Shown here piece after piece: positions 12,701 through 27,001 of a stretch of 64,000 nt of DNA. The first letter of the stretch is position 1, and every line of letters begins with the position of its first letter. The DNA comes from Azolla caroliniana (Eukaryota > Plantae > Polypodiophyta), in the NCBI GenBank assembly GCA_043228905.1, contig JBHGNT010000010.1:18290001-18354000 (forward strand), written 5' to 3'. Under the pieces are notes generated by a model. That model ran no database searches, was not told the DNA's origin, and saw only the letters and a program-made list of their open reading frames with translations. The translations under genes were made by a program, and so were the position numbers.

Positions 12701-15700
12701 ATGACGCTTTTAAGCCATCACTGCTGCAGAGGAACAGCACAGCTGCATAGCCACTGCTACAGAACCACCCTGCTGCCCCACAGAGTGGCTGACTGCTGCC
12801 CAGTTCGATGGTGCTATCAAGCCACCGCTATGCTACCGCAGAGTACAGCGGGGCCCTGCAAAGTCTCCACCCCACACTGCATAGCAGGCGGCTCTGCTGC
12901 ACGTGTGCACCTTATGGCAGTTCACACGCGCCCCATTGTTCACACGCACACCATTGTACATATCCAAGGTTGAACCAACAAACTATCATTTCATTTGTTG
13001 CAGCTTTTCATAGATAGCTTATGCATACACGTAATAATCATCATCTCACACAGACTAATGCTTGATCACCGAATCGCATGTTGTGTGAACGCCAAGATGC
13101 AATCATGCATAGTTGAAGGTGGCAAACAGGCATGTGTCCAACCATGCTACTATATAAACAAGTATGTGATGGACCATTTTGATTCAATGCCAATGTTCAA
13201 CGAATAATTGAAATCTTCTTCCCTCTTGATCATAATAAAAATTACCTTTATTCTTTTTTTCATACTCTTTTTTTTATTCAATCTAGTTTTTTGGCTTTGG
13301 CTTGTGACATCCCCATTGTATCTTTCGATTCTATTTACGAAAGCTAAAACTACTTAATTTTATGTTCATTTCCTCTCATCATTGTTAAGGGCATAGCATG
13401 ACAGTGTGAGCATTGACAATTCAAAGATTCTATTGTTTGTCAACCAGGGTGGATGTACGATTCCAAATATTCTATTGTAAACCATGAGTAACATTTGACA
13501 ATTGTGCTGCCATCGTTGACCACCTTGAGTATGTCAAATTCTTTATTGAGCAAAGTGAGAATTGCGGAATGTTCATCTAGCATTGGAGGGCTTACTGTAT
13601 AGGTTAGTGAAAGCCACATTGGCCTATAGCCCTGTTGTGGAAGAGGTCAAAAGTGTGGCGCTCGTAACCTAGTTGACATGAGAGTGAAACTAATGCATGA
13701 GACACTAAAAGCCAATTCAGCTAAAGGGTGTTGTCTTCACTAGTTTCAAATGAAAACTATATATATCTTAGACCACAACCAGAGTTGCCTAGTTGAGGTC
13801 AACCATGTGGCTGCTTTACATGCATTTCAACTGTTATGTGGGGCATTGGTGTGCAGTTATTACCACCAATGGCTAATGAGGAGTTAGTGTTGGTGTTGGG
13901 ATGTGTGCTGCAATCCTTAATTGAATGTTGACTAGAGCTGCAGATGGCACAAGGGTCTACAAGGGAAGTTCATCTATTGACAACCCACACCCAGCCATAT
14001 GGTGCATTGTACTGCCTGCTAGAACCTCACTCCTCGAGGAGCTGGGTTGTTGATACTGATTGAGGTTTAGGATTCCCTCTGTCATAGTGCTGAGGGTGCA
14101 ATTGCAAAGTCCATTAGTTTCACATGAGAGCGAAATGGTTCATTGATGGAGGACTAGAGGATGGTCTTCAAGTAAGCATCACTCAGATATGTGGGAAGAT
14201 GACAAACCAGTTGCTTGAAGTGGATCAAGAACACTGATTTGTGAAGAAGTTAACTAACCGTTTAGAATTTATTGAAACGGAGAGTTTTGGATCAAACACG
14301 CAATGAAAGTCCGCCACAAAGTATCTGGAAATTGGAGATGCAAATGGGTGGTAGACAATTATAACAACTAGAGGCTTGGCCATCCGAAGAGAGATCAAAT
14401 TCTGTTTCTTCAAGAAGTGAGTGTTGGTGACCGTTATGTTTCTATTAGCATAACATACAGCGAGAAACATAGACAATAATCCTCACCCTTGGTTTCCTCA
14501 CAAAATATAGTGAGTTTCTCTTCAAACATGTGATGGAAGGTGGTCAAAGTATGTTGAAGTGGTGATGCAGTTAGATGGTAGTTGGTTAAACCAACTAGAG
14601 GCTTGGGCATCCAGGGAGAGTTCAAACTTAGTTCTCTTTAAGAGGGCAGTGTGGGTGACATTGAGGTGTTGTGTCAACTGGTTTGGTGTTCCATACTGAG
14701 AGGAACATAGGCCATAATACTCCTTGCCCTTGGTTTGTGATATGGCACATCAAACTTGAGCTAGTAAGGATGGTGAGGAGAAAAGGTTATAGAATTCATT
14801 TTCAGGCTACTGTTCACTTCATGCCTTTTATTCACCGAGCTGGTCTGTTCAATTGAGGGGAAAGTACTATCAGGAGGGAACTCAATGTTTGCTTGGCTTC
14901 TGGACTTTGCTTCTGAGACCGTTCCTTGGTTGCAACAAGGGAGATGTGGAAGCTACCCAGTATTCAATGAGACTGTGTGAGGTTCACATTCTTGAGCAAA
15001 CGCATTTGCGCATGCTCTTAAATTCTGTTTTTCTTTGAATCCATATTGGTTTTATGGTTCAGCCTTGACAATAACTTACTCTAGATGAGACGAATCCTAG
15101 TAACAAAATGAGTGAGATAGTTCATTCACATGATGAGTTTGTGAAATTCACCACATATACAATTGAACTTGTGCCTACAATGTTTTTCACAGTTTGCACT
15201 ACATTTTTGCTCAAGAGTTTTTATTGAGATATGAATTATTGCCTCTATACTCGGTCATAACATCTTATTACCTTCTAAGCTTTTCCTAAAGCATAATCTT
15301 GCATCTATTTACATGATGAGTTATTCCCATTAAAAAACAAACCCTTTTGTTTGTTCAAATGGATAACAAAGATCATATTTATCTTGGCAAGATCTCTGAT
15401 AAAACCCCAAATGTTTGGAAGGCCTAACTACATATATTTCCTTCTCAAGCTAAATAGTTTGAAGAGCTATTATATCGTTTGCTCTGAATTAAGAGAGATT
15501 ATAGTTCCATGTTCTTACATTTTAGTTGGTTTACAGATTTTTATTCTTTGGATTTGGAGAACAAAGGGTTTTGGCCATAGCCTAGTCTTTTCATATTTTC
15601 ACTATCGAGAGGAAAGCCTCTACACATGACATGTACTTCGCATGTGCCAATGCATAGTAGTTTCAATGTTTTGTGCTTTACATCAAATGCGCTAAAAGTA

Positions 15701-16923
15701 TTGAATTTCATTATATCCCCAAGAACTCCAAAGACAATTATTGATCCAAAGTGCTATCAGACCTTGAAACTTGCCATCATGTGCAACGCCTTCATTGTCA
15801 CTATGAACATGAAGCCTGCACCTAAGCTAGTGCAAGGTCATCTACACGTGGCAACATCTATAAACTTCAAGCTTAAAAATTTTCTTGTTTTCAAAACAAA
15901 AACATAACTTGTCGATGTTTGTCATCCTCTCCAGGTGTACAAGTGGTTCAAACATTTACTTCACATCAGTTACAAAATGTCTACTTTCTTAGCTAAATCA
16001 CATTAATCCTAGGAATAAAACGCTTATAAAGAAATCGATGTTAATGCTGCATTTTAATTAAGGGGTGACCTAAAGTGTATACAAATTTAAGATTTTAGCT
16101 ATGAAACTGGCATGAAGAAAGACATGAGAACTGTGCACCGCTATATTTGAATAGAGAGATCAGATGTGAGACATGATAATCTATCAACATCCTTGAGAGA
16201 TTATGAATAAAATGGTCTACCCAAGGACCTATATATGCTTTCCTATATCAAAGCGTGCGCAAATATTTTTAGAAGTTTGGTCCTATGCTCAAGCACGGGA
16301 AAGACAATCATTCAAAACTGGATTTAAGCTTGTTATTTTAAGAAAATGACAGTCCAACAGGAGGTCAGTCAAAAAAAAAAAAAAAGACATACAGGCTAAT
16401 AATAGCCTATAGCTAGATCTAGCAACAACTCGCCTCTATAATATACTAACCAATGATGATACTATGAGCACCTACATCATTTCAGGTGTTAAAATAGGAC
16501 ATCAATATTACATGAAATACTGATTAATCACGGTAATATTGGTAAAATTAGAATGTACCACCTCATTATTAAGAAAGATTCTCAGATCAATATGTTCGAA
16601 GTATACTGTATAAGTCAGGAGACATTTACGAATAATAATAAAGCATATACTTAGGATCAAGATGCTGAACTAAACCAAATGTTGATAACAAAGAAATCTG
16701 TTTACGATGATATGAACATAGTAGTTGAAGACTCTACTAACCTGGGGCTAGCAAATTGGAAAAGCTTCCCTTTGCTAGAGAAGATGATGAGTCCGACTTC
16801 TGCATCGCATAGGACCGAGAGATCATGTGCTTTCTTCATCAAACCGCCCCTGCGCTTCGAGAATGTCACTTGCCTCGTTGTTGCATTCTCGATCCTTTTG
16901 ATCTTGATCTTTCGCCGAACCAT
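6758..16923 (-). CDS. MIKC-type MADS-box transcription factor, 7 coding exons, 230 aa
   Basis: Exons 16923-16742 (182 nt, MADS box [43 protein letters not shown]), 8104-8026 (79, I domain), 7893-7853 (41), 7760-7661 (100, K box [17 protein letters not shown]), 7561-7520 (42), 7245-7088 (158), 6848-6758 (91, ends [11 protein letters not shown]). All introns GT-AG, frame preserved, 693 nt. Exon sizes 182/79/100/42 are canonical for MIKCc genes; exon 3 and 6 boundaries are less certain. Confidence 0.93.
8290..11500 (-). mobile_element. Degenerate non-LTR retrotransposon (RTE/L2-like LINE) in MADS intron 1
   Basis: Minus-strand RT fragments: W.....IVPILKSG....PRNYRTI (9990-10229), DFQKA and [13 protein letters not shown] (9705-9911), YADD near 9700-9715; many stops and frameshifts. 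Confidence 0.75.
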
Positions 16924-17277
16924 TTCTCTGTCTGTTTTTTGGAATTCTTCGTCCTTTTGTTTTTTTTTATCTGTGACCTTTTAATTTTAATCTCTTCTTA
17001 GCTTCTCCTCCTTTCGGCCATATAATCTAACCTATCACAACACTTTCTCAATTGTATGCTGCAACAAAACCAGATAAAAAAAAAAGGCATAAATACAATT
17101 AATCTGATTCATAATAACTTCGATGATATTATGAAGACATGGAAAAATAAACCATTCGATTTTAAGATCTAAAAGAAAAAGATCGAAAACATGAAGTTTA
17201 TAGGTTATATAAGCTTTTCAGAGGTAAACAGAAAAGGCGAGGAAGAAAATTTTAAATAAGGCAAAAAAAGATTATAT

Positions 17278-17561
17278 AGAAAGAAGCAGACGAGGAAGAA
17301 AGAAGGACGTAATAATAGAAATAGATAGCTGGACAGCTGGGATTAAGACAGAGATGCGATAAACAAAGAATTGAAAAAGGATTAGATGAAGAAAGATTGA
17401 AAGGATAGATGAACTTAGGAGGAGATTCATCTATCCTTTCAATCTTTCTTCATCTAATCCTTTTTCAATTCTTTGTTTATCGCATCTCTGTCTTAATCCC
17501 AGCTGTCCAGATATCTATTTCTATTATTACGTCCTTCTTTCTTCCTCGTCTGCTTCTTTCT
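17278..17561. repeat. Near-perfect inverted repeat (136-bp arms, 12-nt loop) ~355 bp upstream of the MADS ATG
   Basis: Arm 17278-17413 is the reverse complement of 17426-17561 with one mismatch found (ATAGATAGCTGG vs ATAGATATCTGG); loop CTTAGGAGGAGA. Confidence 0.95.
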
Positions 17562-18136
17562 TGAAAGCATATATTAATAATCTTCCATTTAACTTTAAAC
17601 TTATTGAAAGGATATCGAAGGAGGAGGTGCAGCAGAAGATGAAGAAGAAGAAGAAGAAGAAGAAGAGAGAGAGAAGCCATGGCTGCTTGCAGTAGGATTT
17701 TTTGTTTTTTGTTTATTTTTTAAAATACATGTATGAATATGGAGAAATTGAAATAGGAAAAGGAATCAGAGAACTGACAAGAGGGAGGAGACGAAGATCG
17801 TAATGTCTGTGCAGGATCAGGCAACAAAAAGAAAAAAGATGGGGAGGAATCGGAGGGGAAGCCTAAATTTGCAAGACTTTCTCCTTTTTGATCGATCGAT
17901 CGATCGATATATGTATGTATGTATGTATCTTGCTTCTGTCTGTTTTGTCTGTCTTTTCTTTTGTTGGTGGTGGAGTGGGTTCAAAAAGGGAAAGTTGTGA
18001 AAGACGAAGAAGAAAGAATCGGACAGAAAAGCCAAAAATGACAAAAAGCAGAAACCTCAGAAATCAAATAAAATAACAATTCATTCATTCATTCATTAAA
18101 TTTTCATTAAAGAAAAAACAAAAAACAAACACAACT

Positions 18137-18850
18137 TTCCCTTTTTATTTCTTCTTTTGCTTTTTCTTCTTTCCTTTTTTCCCTTTTTTTCCATTTCCGT
18201 TTTTCTTTTTTTTCCCCTTTTTAATTTTTCTTCCTTTGTTTTTAATTTTATTTTTATTTCCTTTTTTTCTATGTTTCTTTTTCTTTACTCCTTTTTTTTC
18301 CTTTATTTTTGTTTTTGTTTTTATTTTTTTTTTGTTTTTTTGTTTTTTTATTTTTTTATTTTTTTTGTTTTTGTTTTTGTTTTTGTTTTTGTTTTTTGTT
18401 TTGCCTTATTTCTTTTTTTGTATTTTCTATTTATTTTTTGCTTTATTTTTTGTTTTCTTCCCTTTTTTTCCTCCATTTATTTGCATCTCTCACCTTTTTT
18501 TTTGTGTGGACAAATCTCTGCTTTTATTGAATTTAATTTATTTCAATAATTACTCCTTTTTTGGCTTTTTAATTGAAGTAAACTCTCTTTTTTCCTTGCT
18601 TTATTTCTGTTTTTTTGGATTTGTTTTTGTTTTTGTTTTTGTTTTTCCTTCTTCTTTTTTGTTTTTTCCCTTTTTTTATATTTTTTTGGTTTTTTTTCCC
18701 TCCATTTATTTCCATCTCTCACTCTCTTTTTTGTGTGGACAAATCTCTGCTTTTATTGAATTTAATATATTCCAATAATTACTCCTTTTTTGCCTTTTTA
18801 ATTGAAGTAATAACTATTTTAATAGTAACAATTTTTTATTTTTCCCGAAA
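18137..18850. repeat. T-rich low-complexity tract containing a ~110-bp duplication
   Basis: CTCCATTTATT..CATCTCTCAC...TGTGTGGACAAATCTCTGCTTTTATTGAATTTAAT at ~18471 and ~18700. Confidence 0.8.
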
Positions 18851-19241
18851 AAAATAGTAACAATTTTTAAAACGAGTAAAAACATGCCATAAAATTAAAA
18901 TTAAAACGAAGGGCGAAATACATACCTTCTTTTTTTCCTTTTTTTGCCCTCTTTTTATAGAAGTACGAACTCTTTAATATTACAATTATTAATATGAGTG
19001 AAACAAAACAAAATAAATCAACTTCCTTTTTTGTTTTCCCTCTCTTTTATTGAACTAATAACTATTTAATTATTACAATTATTAATACGAGTAATAAATA
19101 TGTAAATAAAACCATAAAAAAAAAACAAATATGAATAGAAAGGGCAGACAGAAATTATTATTACTATTATTATCTTTTCCATCTTCCTATCTGTCTCTCT
19201 CGCGCGCGCGCTTTACACTTTTGATTTTACGAAAAAAGGAT

Positions 19242-19272
<31 letters not shown>

Positions 19273-22200
19273 TTTTTATTTATTGAATTTTATTTATTTT
19301 TGTTCTTTTGTGGGGGCGGAATGGATAAGCACGACCACTTTGCCCGATGCTTTCTCTCTTTCTTCTCTCCCTCATTTAATTTACATAATACTTACTTGCT
19401 TACCTATTTTTATTCAATCTTTTCTCTCTTTTTTAAAGTCCCCCAATTCCCTCACATGTCAAATATATTTGTCCTTATCCTTTGGTACTTTCCAAAGTCT
19501 CTCTCTCTCTCTCTCTCTATGGACACACTCCAACACGCATACAACACACACACATACACATATATGTACACATACACACCCACTCACACACACCAAGGTC
19601 CAAAACCATCACCATCACCATCATTATCACCACTTTGTGGCCATCCTTTTTCCCATGTCCTTCCCCGTGCTCGTATTGCCATCCATGCCCATTTCCCCCT
19701 CTTTGTCCGGGAGAGCCAGGCCAGGGCAAGCGGGGTAAAGCATGGGTGGGAAGTGGGGGGGGGGGGGGGGGCAAATACCCTTGCCATCGTTCCCACCCTT
19801 CATTCCGGTCCCCGAGTTTCATATCATTGTCCTCCGTCCCTTACCTACCCCTCAATGACACTTTTTTACCATCGTCCCACCTCGTGCCCATATCGTCGTC
19901 CTTGTCCTTATCCTTGTTTGACAAATGTTTAGCTAAGTAGTCCTTTCCTTTCCTTTCCTTTTTATACCAGGGGGGAAGCTGTAGTTCATAACATCCTCGT
20001 GTACATGATGATCGACCACTATTATGATCATGTATGTATATGGGCAGACCCAATCTGAGCACTTTATGGATTATATTCATATTGTTCCCCGATGTGGTTA
20101 CATTGGATCTACGGTTGGAGTCAACACCTATTTATCGCTACTATAAACCTATTCGCGTCACTTCAAGCCTTGTCTCGAAAGCTTCTATTTTATGTAGTAT
20201 ATCGTTCGTAATGGTGGCCATAAATTTTAATTACTACTTTTGCATTTGTTGGGTCTCTCCTTAATGCTAAAGAGATATTATCGTGTTCCTGCTCCACATT
20301 GCTCTTGGTGTTTAGGAAAAGTTATTGTTAATATATTCATATTGTTCCAATTTCAGATGTCAAAAATTGACAGTGATGCGTGCATGTCTAACCTTCTCAC
20401 CCCCAAATGCAATCTTAGCACTCTGGATGTATTTACATTGCTCCCAATGTTTTCAGATTTATGTATGTGTTATTGGTTGACTTCATTCTCACTTTTCCAT
20501 GCTTGAAATATTAAGATGTTTGATTGGGATAGAAGAAACTATAGGGAATTGGTAGAACGTTTGTTTTTCATTTTTTGTTAGGAGTCACTTTAATTGACAA
20601 TTGTATTGATCATCAAGTTTAGTAAATGAGTCCCCTCTTTCGTGTGGATTTAACACTATATATGGGTGCTTGGAAATGGGAAACAAACATTTTGTAAACC
20701 ATTGAAGATTCATTGTACATGACTCTTGTCGGCTTTTGAAAATGGGATTGCTTTTAAAACATCGTAAACCCTCGATTCGACGTCGAGGTGTTCAAACATA
20801 CCCATATATATATCGGTTTCCTTTTATAAGAACATTGTCATCTCAAAGCAAATTTTTATATAAAACATATCCCCACTTGTTTGGGAAAGTTTACGCATTT
20901 TATATTGTATATGGATCGATTGGTACAAAAGGGGAAAAAACTTGCGAGCCGTTTACTTTTGATAAATTTTAATGGTGGGGACTCGGGAGGCCCACATAAG
21001 GATGTATCCACCACCGCTCATGTCTCTAAAAGTTTCACAGTGCTCGTTTTGCTTTTCTCATCTCAAGTTTGTAAATGTATCCCAAAAAGGGTTAGACAAT
21101 GACCCTAATAAGAATCTACAAATTATAAAAGTTTGGCTGGTAAGGAAACTATAGTACATTGGTTGCCACACACATAGAACGTAATAAACGCGTTTGTGCA
21201 AGAATACAAACATTTGAAAAGGGAAAATTACTTTTTGAAATTTTGTTTTTCCTTTTCTATTATTAGAAATTAGCTCACCCTATTGGTAAATTGTTGTGCT
21301 ATTATAACTCAATGTCTTGGTTTCGAATCCTTATTTTCTCACCTCTCTCTCTCTCCCTCCCTCTTTAGTGTCATGTGATAGTAAAATTTGATGTTAGTGT
21401 CATGTTTTCTTCATATTCTCGAATATATGTTTTATGAGTTTTTGAACGTTTGATTATACTTTATAATGGCATATTTTGATTCAATCTCTATAGTTCATAC
21501 TCATTTTCTTTGCAAAGTTCTAAAGTGAAAAAATTGATACCTTCACTAGTTGCGAGATGAGAACATCGATAATTGCAAGATGAGCTCATCATCAGTACAA
21601 TTATGTCTTTGAATTATTGGATTTTTATGTTCGTGCTTTCTAATGTTTAGTAGTTAAGTAATTCCTAAGTTTTGAACTTTCAATTGTGTTGACATTTGAT
21701 TCAATCAACATATAATATAGATCATAGTCATTTTTTTGAAATTCCAATCTTTATTTTTTTCCAACTTATAAATCCAATCAAACTTTCAAATGATTTACCA
21801 TACACGTTTGATTGAATCATTCTCGAATGCGAATGCACATATGTTACGTATGGTTCATTCTATGGCTACACATATTACTTTTCGAATTAGGTAATAATAA
21901 TAAGTACGTGCAAATACCATAATAACATTGCATTCAAGAATTTACTAATCCATGGCCTTTTGCTATTCCAATATATTGGTAATTGTCCATGATATCAAAA
22001 GTTAACATCCCATGATCTTTAGATGTATCTAGCCTTGTAAGTGTTTTTTCTTGTATATTCAACCACCTTTTTTTGTAAATGCCATTTTTTGTGAGCCCTA
22101 CCCATTTTCTGTGCCTATATGTTCCTTTGTTTCAAATTGTCCCTAATCGTGTTACGTGCAATTCGATTCATAGTACATCAATATAATAACACACTCAATT

Positions 22201-23855
22201 CGATTTTTCAAAAGAACAAATTGTGTGTAATAAAGATTCCTTGATCCCACCCAAATCATGTATTATGTGGGGCATTCTTGACAAAATATGTGTTGTCATC
22301 CTTGAAAGGCTTAAGGGATGAGGTTAATGAACCCAATGCTACAATACAAAATGGCTTATCTTATGCTTAAATAGAGTATATGTAAATGTGTGCCTAAGAG
22401 GTGGTGATGCATGTGTCTTAGCTGAGTCGGAGTAATGTGAGGTTTGTACATTGAGTAATCAATGGATAGAAATAAGTTGTCACTCATATGTATGCTTCAC
22501 ATTATTGAGAGACATAGAGAGCATCCCATAGTAGATATTAGAATCTACTAAAACAATGTAGATCATGGGATTTTGAATGGGGTTTTGTTGTCATTTGGCG
22601 CCGAGATGATGGGGTTTTGCACAATTTATAGAGCTTGACCCAATATCACAGTTGGAGATTCTTTTCTCTTTTTAAGATGTTGGGAATTATGTCGTGATTG
22701 GGATATGTGCACTGTTTTTGTATTTGATGGTAGGCATGGAGTCAAAGCATACATGTGAAAGTTGAAGGGAGCATTGATGTGGAAATTTTGTTTATTGGAG
22801 TAAATCGTAACTTGTTCCTTAGTGGAGTGTTCCTCTTGCCTATCGGTGATTCAACTTGTCCCACTACCCATGTAGTAGTGACACCACTCAATTGTGCTGC
22901 CATTGTAGAATTTTTCACACATTTAGTAATAAATTGTGTGTTTCACACACTCACGCGCACACACACACAAAGAAGGGGCAGGAGAGTAGACAAAATTTGG
23001 CATATTGATATACTTTAGGAAAAGTGATGTATGGCATAACAAAGAGGCACGAAGCTCAAGAATACGAGTGTGGAGGTGGGTGATATTTCTTCTTGCATCA
23101 AATGATATGGGGGTGGAAGACATGGTTGGGTGCATATTGTTGCTTCGTTGTAGATATCCCAACATGCTAGGTTTAGTTTAGTGTGATAGTATTGCAATTT
23201 GCGATTCCTCACATCCTTGCTCCATTGTGTTGCGATTGCATCTATAAACCTTATGGTTTGATATTGTCATCCTAGCATATAGCTCAAGTAGTGTTGCCAA
23301 ATTCTATATGTTAAACCATTTGTACATGTTGGATGTGTGTAGCAAGAAGAGATGATATAGTTATTGCTACCATCTCAAGTTTGGGTTCGTAGGTGATATG
23401 CTTCTATCTCGTTTACTTTAGCCAAAAACTCATGTACTTTCATCAACTTCTCTCATTGAAAGGGATTCATTCCATGTCAAGGAGCATCATTGAGTATGGT
23501 GTACTCATGTTGAACCGCCAAGATGTTTGTACATGTATATATGTCCATGCTCTATATTGATGTCATCTAGTTGCATTTACAATAACTACTTCAAGTCGCA
23601 AAGAACAAACATAATAATTATTGGGACCCTCTAGCCTATCCACGCTATAGGTTAGGCCCTGTCCCATAAATCTAAATTTGGTCTTGAATGGATGTTAAAA
23701 AACTCTCTCTCCCCTTCTTTTTTTATCTTAATTAGCTTACCCTAGTGGTATGTCATTATACACTACTAGCATTGCATCTTGGGTTTGAAACCCAATTTTC
23801 TCACCTCTCTATTACATACTCCATTGACATCTCTTATTTCACTAGATGCCACAAT

Positions 23856-23924
23856 GGAATGTAGGGGTTAAACCCATGATCACCTGGACTCCATTGGGCA
23901 ACCTTACCAACTGAGCTACATCCA
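23856..23924 (-). mobile_element. tRNA-derived SINE-like repeat (related copies at ~27882-27951 minus and ~29000-29070 plus)
   Basis: Minus strand GGATGTAGCTCAGTTGGTAAGG...GGGTTTAACCCCTACA has Pol III A-box and B-box-like motifs; similar degenerate copies recur; no clean cloverleaf. Confidence 0.55.
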
Positions 23925-23927
23925 TTT

Positions 23928-23978
<51 letters not shown>

Positions 23979-23980
<2 letters not shown>

Positions 23981-25500
23981 GACACAAGAATCGAAGGATA
24001 GACTTACGAGAGGACATACATCCCTCTCACTCTTAGAGAAACGATGCCACCAAGCATACTGTCAAGAGCCACTGACTAAGGGGTGGATTTTTGACTCATT
24101 AGTGACCCCCTCCCTCATGTATGCATTAGTGGTTTGGGCTCCAAGGCTACCATCTTTCATGTTGATCCAATTAGAGAGATCATTGGTGATGATCCTATCA
24201 CACCAACTCCGAAGCAAATCGACAGTACCACATTACATGATTAGAGTTGGGCTCACCTTACCCCCGATGTTAGTAGAAGCACTTTTTCAACTTGTAGTCT
24301 TTATTCATAGGATACATAGCCAACCACATGATAGGATATCTCATCAAGCTTTTGAGGCATGTTGATCCTCTATATGAGTCTGATTATACTAGCTCATGGT
24401 ATGACATGACGGTGAGTTGGGTTCTTGCAAACGGTCTAGACATTAATAATCTACCTCCCCTTAGGTACAACCACACGAGTGATAACACTTTAATCTCTCA
24501 TGAGGACCGTAATAAAGTAATACACCAAGAAATATGGAAAATTTACACTCGGTATAAATGGATCACCCCATTAGAGCCACTCCCATCTAAAATGTTGTAC
24601 TATAAGGAACATTTCATGCACTTCTCTGAGTTAGGTTTTATTACACAACCAAAATATCTTATGCATTCTTACCAAATGAACTAAGGGTTTCCATTGGACA
24701 ACTTAGAATATCATCTCACCAACTTGAGATTGAGAATAGTCATACTAATGGAGTCCCTAGAGAGGAAAGGATATGTAGATTATGTCACATAGAGATAGAG
24801 GAGGAGTACCACTTTACATGCAAGTGTCCAACTTACGTCGAGATAAGGGCAAAATACCGAGACATACTCGGTACCTCTCCCACCCTCCCCAAACTATTAG
24901 ATACTCTAGATATAAAGAAATTAGGTAGTTATATCTTAGAAGTAAAACAACATAAAGAGAATATACTACAAAATGTTGACAATAACGTTTCTAATATTCA
25001 CCAACATGTAACAAATGAAGTTTTCCAGGGACAGGGGGAGACGATGAATGTGGACACACCTGCACCACTCGGCCTTTTCCTTGATGAAGTAGAAAACCAA
25101 AGAAGAACCAAACACTCTCAGATGCCAGGTTTCAAAGCATCTCAACGTGGTGCATAAGTAAGTAAGAAAATAAGGGAACGTGAACTACACCGCCTAGAAG
25201 CCATGGTTGGGGTACCTTCTACATGGGGACCACGGGTCACACCCACACCGAAACCCTTTGACCTCCCACTTCTTTTCGAGAGGCTTGGATGGAAATGAAA
25301 CTAGGCCTAGTACAAAGTCATTTCCTTTATCGAATATGTTACACCATAACATGTTTTGTACAAATACTAGAACTCTTTTAGCTTAAGTTCTATTTTTATT
25401 TTTATTTGTATTTCGATGATTAGGTAGACACCCTATTTTGTTGTACACCAATTGTCTCATGGGCCAAAATTTGGCCTTACAAGACGTTAATATTTCTTTC
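23979..25500 (+). mobile_element. 5'-truncated RTE/L2-like LINE remnant next to a (CT)n microsatellite
   Basis: ORF fragments FDSLVTPSLMY..., then LRISSHQLEIE...REERICRLC....EEEYHF..KC (C-terminal CCHC region of LINE ORF2); begins at the end of the (CT)n tract 23931-23978. Confidence 0.75.
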
Positions 25501-25841
25501 TCTCTCTTTCTCTTGGTGAAAACACACAATTATATTAATAAATGTGTGCGAAAAACACTACTTACAATGGGTGTGACAATGGAGTATTTTCACCCACTAA
25601 CTACACTACATGGGTAGTGGAACATGTTGAATTGCCAATAGGCAAGACGAACACTCCACTAAGGAAAGAATTTCCACTTGCTCCAATAAAGAATATTGCC
25701 ACATTAGTACTCCCTTCAACTTTCGTAGATATGCTTTCACTCCATGTCTATCATCGAATACAAAAGTGTTGCACATGTCCCAATTATGACGCAATTCCCA
25801 ATATCTCAGAAAGAGGAAAATGATTTCTATCTCTAATTTGC

Positions 25842-25874
<33 letters not shown>

Positions 25875-26647
25875 AGAAGAGTGAGCACATACGTGCATGC
25901 ATTATTTTCACATGGAGAAGAGTACTACATATTAGTTATTAGTAACCCCTCTTCTCAAGGAGGAATCACATACAAGATGATATGTTGATTTTGTCCCATA
26001 GGCAAAACTGGCCTCCTCGTGGATAATAAAAATCTATTCTCCCTTCGATGTTTGACCTTGCAACATAATTTTGCACATTTATATTGAATCTAATCATTTT
26101 CTTCTTCATCCTTGTTCAATATTTGTCTTCTACTTTTTCTTCACTATTTGGCATTTGCCTTCTACTTCTTCTTCAATAATGTATATGAATTTTGTTTTGA
26201 ACTATGCATCAAATCTCTCATATCGAGGGTTCTTCTTCATATTCAAGAATGTTACTAAAAATTCATTTGAAATGACTACATTAGATCTACTATCTTTTCA
26301 TCTTCAACATTTTTTGTCTTTAGCTTCTTCAAAAATTTATTAAATTCCACTTCATCAGCACGTCACATTAGGATAACATTTAGTGATTCTTATTGTTACT
26401 TGTTAAACTCGTGAGGGACCAGGGTTTGTTTCAAGTTCCCAACCTCCGTGGCACACACCTTGTGCTTTCTTAGTTTATGTTTCCACCCGTCTTTTTGTTA
26501 TTTTTTGTTGTATTAGTGTTTTTGGATATGTGTGCGCAAAGGGTTCCTAATTATATGTATTCACACACAAATACATACATGAGCATGCATAGATGTCATG
26601 TCCTTAAAAATATAGAAACTAACTCTATCTCCTTTACATACTTGTTT

Positions 26648-27001
26648 TTTTATTTGAATGAAGAGATTATTATATCCTTGATGGTTTCTTCTCTCTCTCA
26701 ATGTTGAAGGCAACATGGACAACCATTACACATTCCCTATTGTGTGTGTACAAATACAAATATGTACATTTTGCATGTGTGCATATATATATATCATGTA
26801 TATGTACAATTAAGTTTCCTCTACTATTTATTTGAATGAAGAGATTATTATATCCTTGATGGTTTCTTCTCTCTCTCAATGTTGAAGGCAACATGGACAA
26901 CCATTACACATTCCCTATTGTGTGTGTACAAATACAGATATGTACATTTTGCATGTGTGCACATATATATATGTATATGTACAATTAAGTTTCCTCTACT
27001 A
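26648..27001. repeat. Near-identical tandem duplication, ~178 bp x2
   Basis: TTTATTTGAATGAAGAGATTATTATATCC...AAGTTTCCTCTACTA repeated back to back. Confidence 0.9.

Larger units (their letters stand above)
22660..25822. repeat. Two diverged copies of a ~290-bp repeat in inverted orientation (22660-22945 and 25515-25822)
   Basis: Shared blocks GAAAGTTGAAGGGAG, TCCTTAGTGGAGTGTTC and CCACTACCCATGTAGT on opposite strands. Confidence 0.7.

Noticed and set aside
12200-15100. Additional genes within MADS intron 1
   Set aside because: Only short ORFs without motifs; probably old TE debris that I cannot classify by eye.
18157-18857. Phe-rich ORFs that look like membrane proteins
   Set aside because: Artefacts of a T-rich low-complexity tract.
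19283-19940. Overlapping 150-210 aa ORFs
   Set aside because: Built from (CT)n, (CA)n, (CAT)n and poly-G simple repeats; no recognisable domain.
23856-23924. Functional tRNA gene
   Set aside because: A and B boxes are present, but no convincing acceptor or anticodon stems; multiple degenerate copies fit a SINE better.
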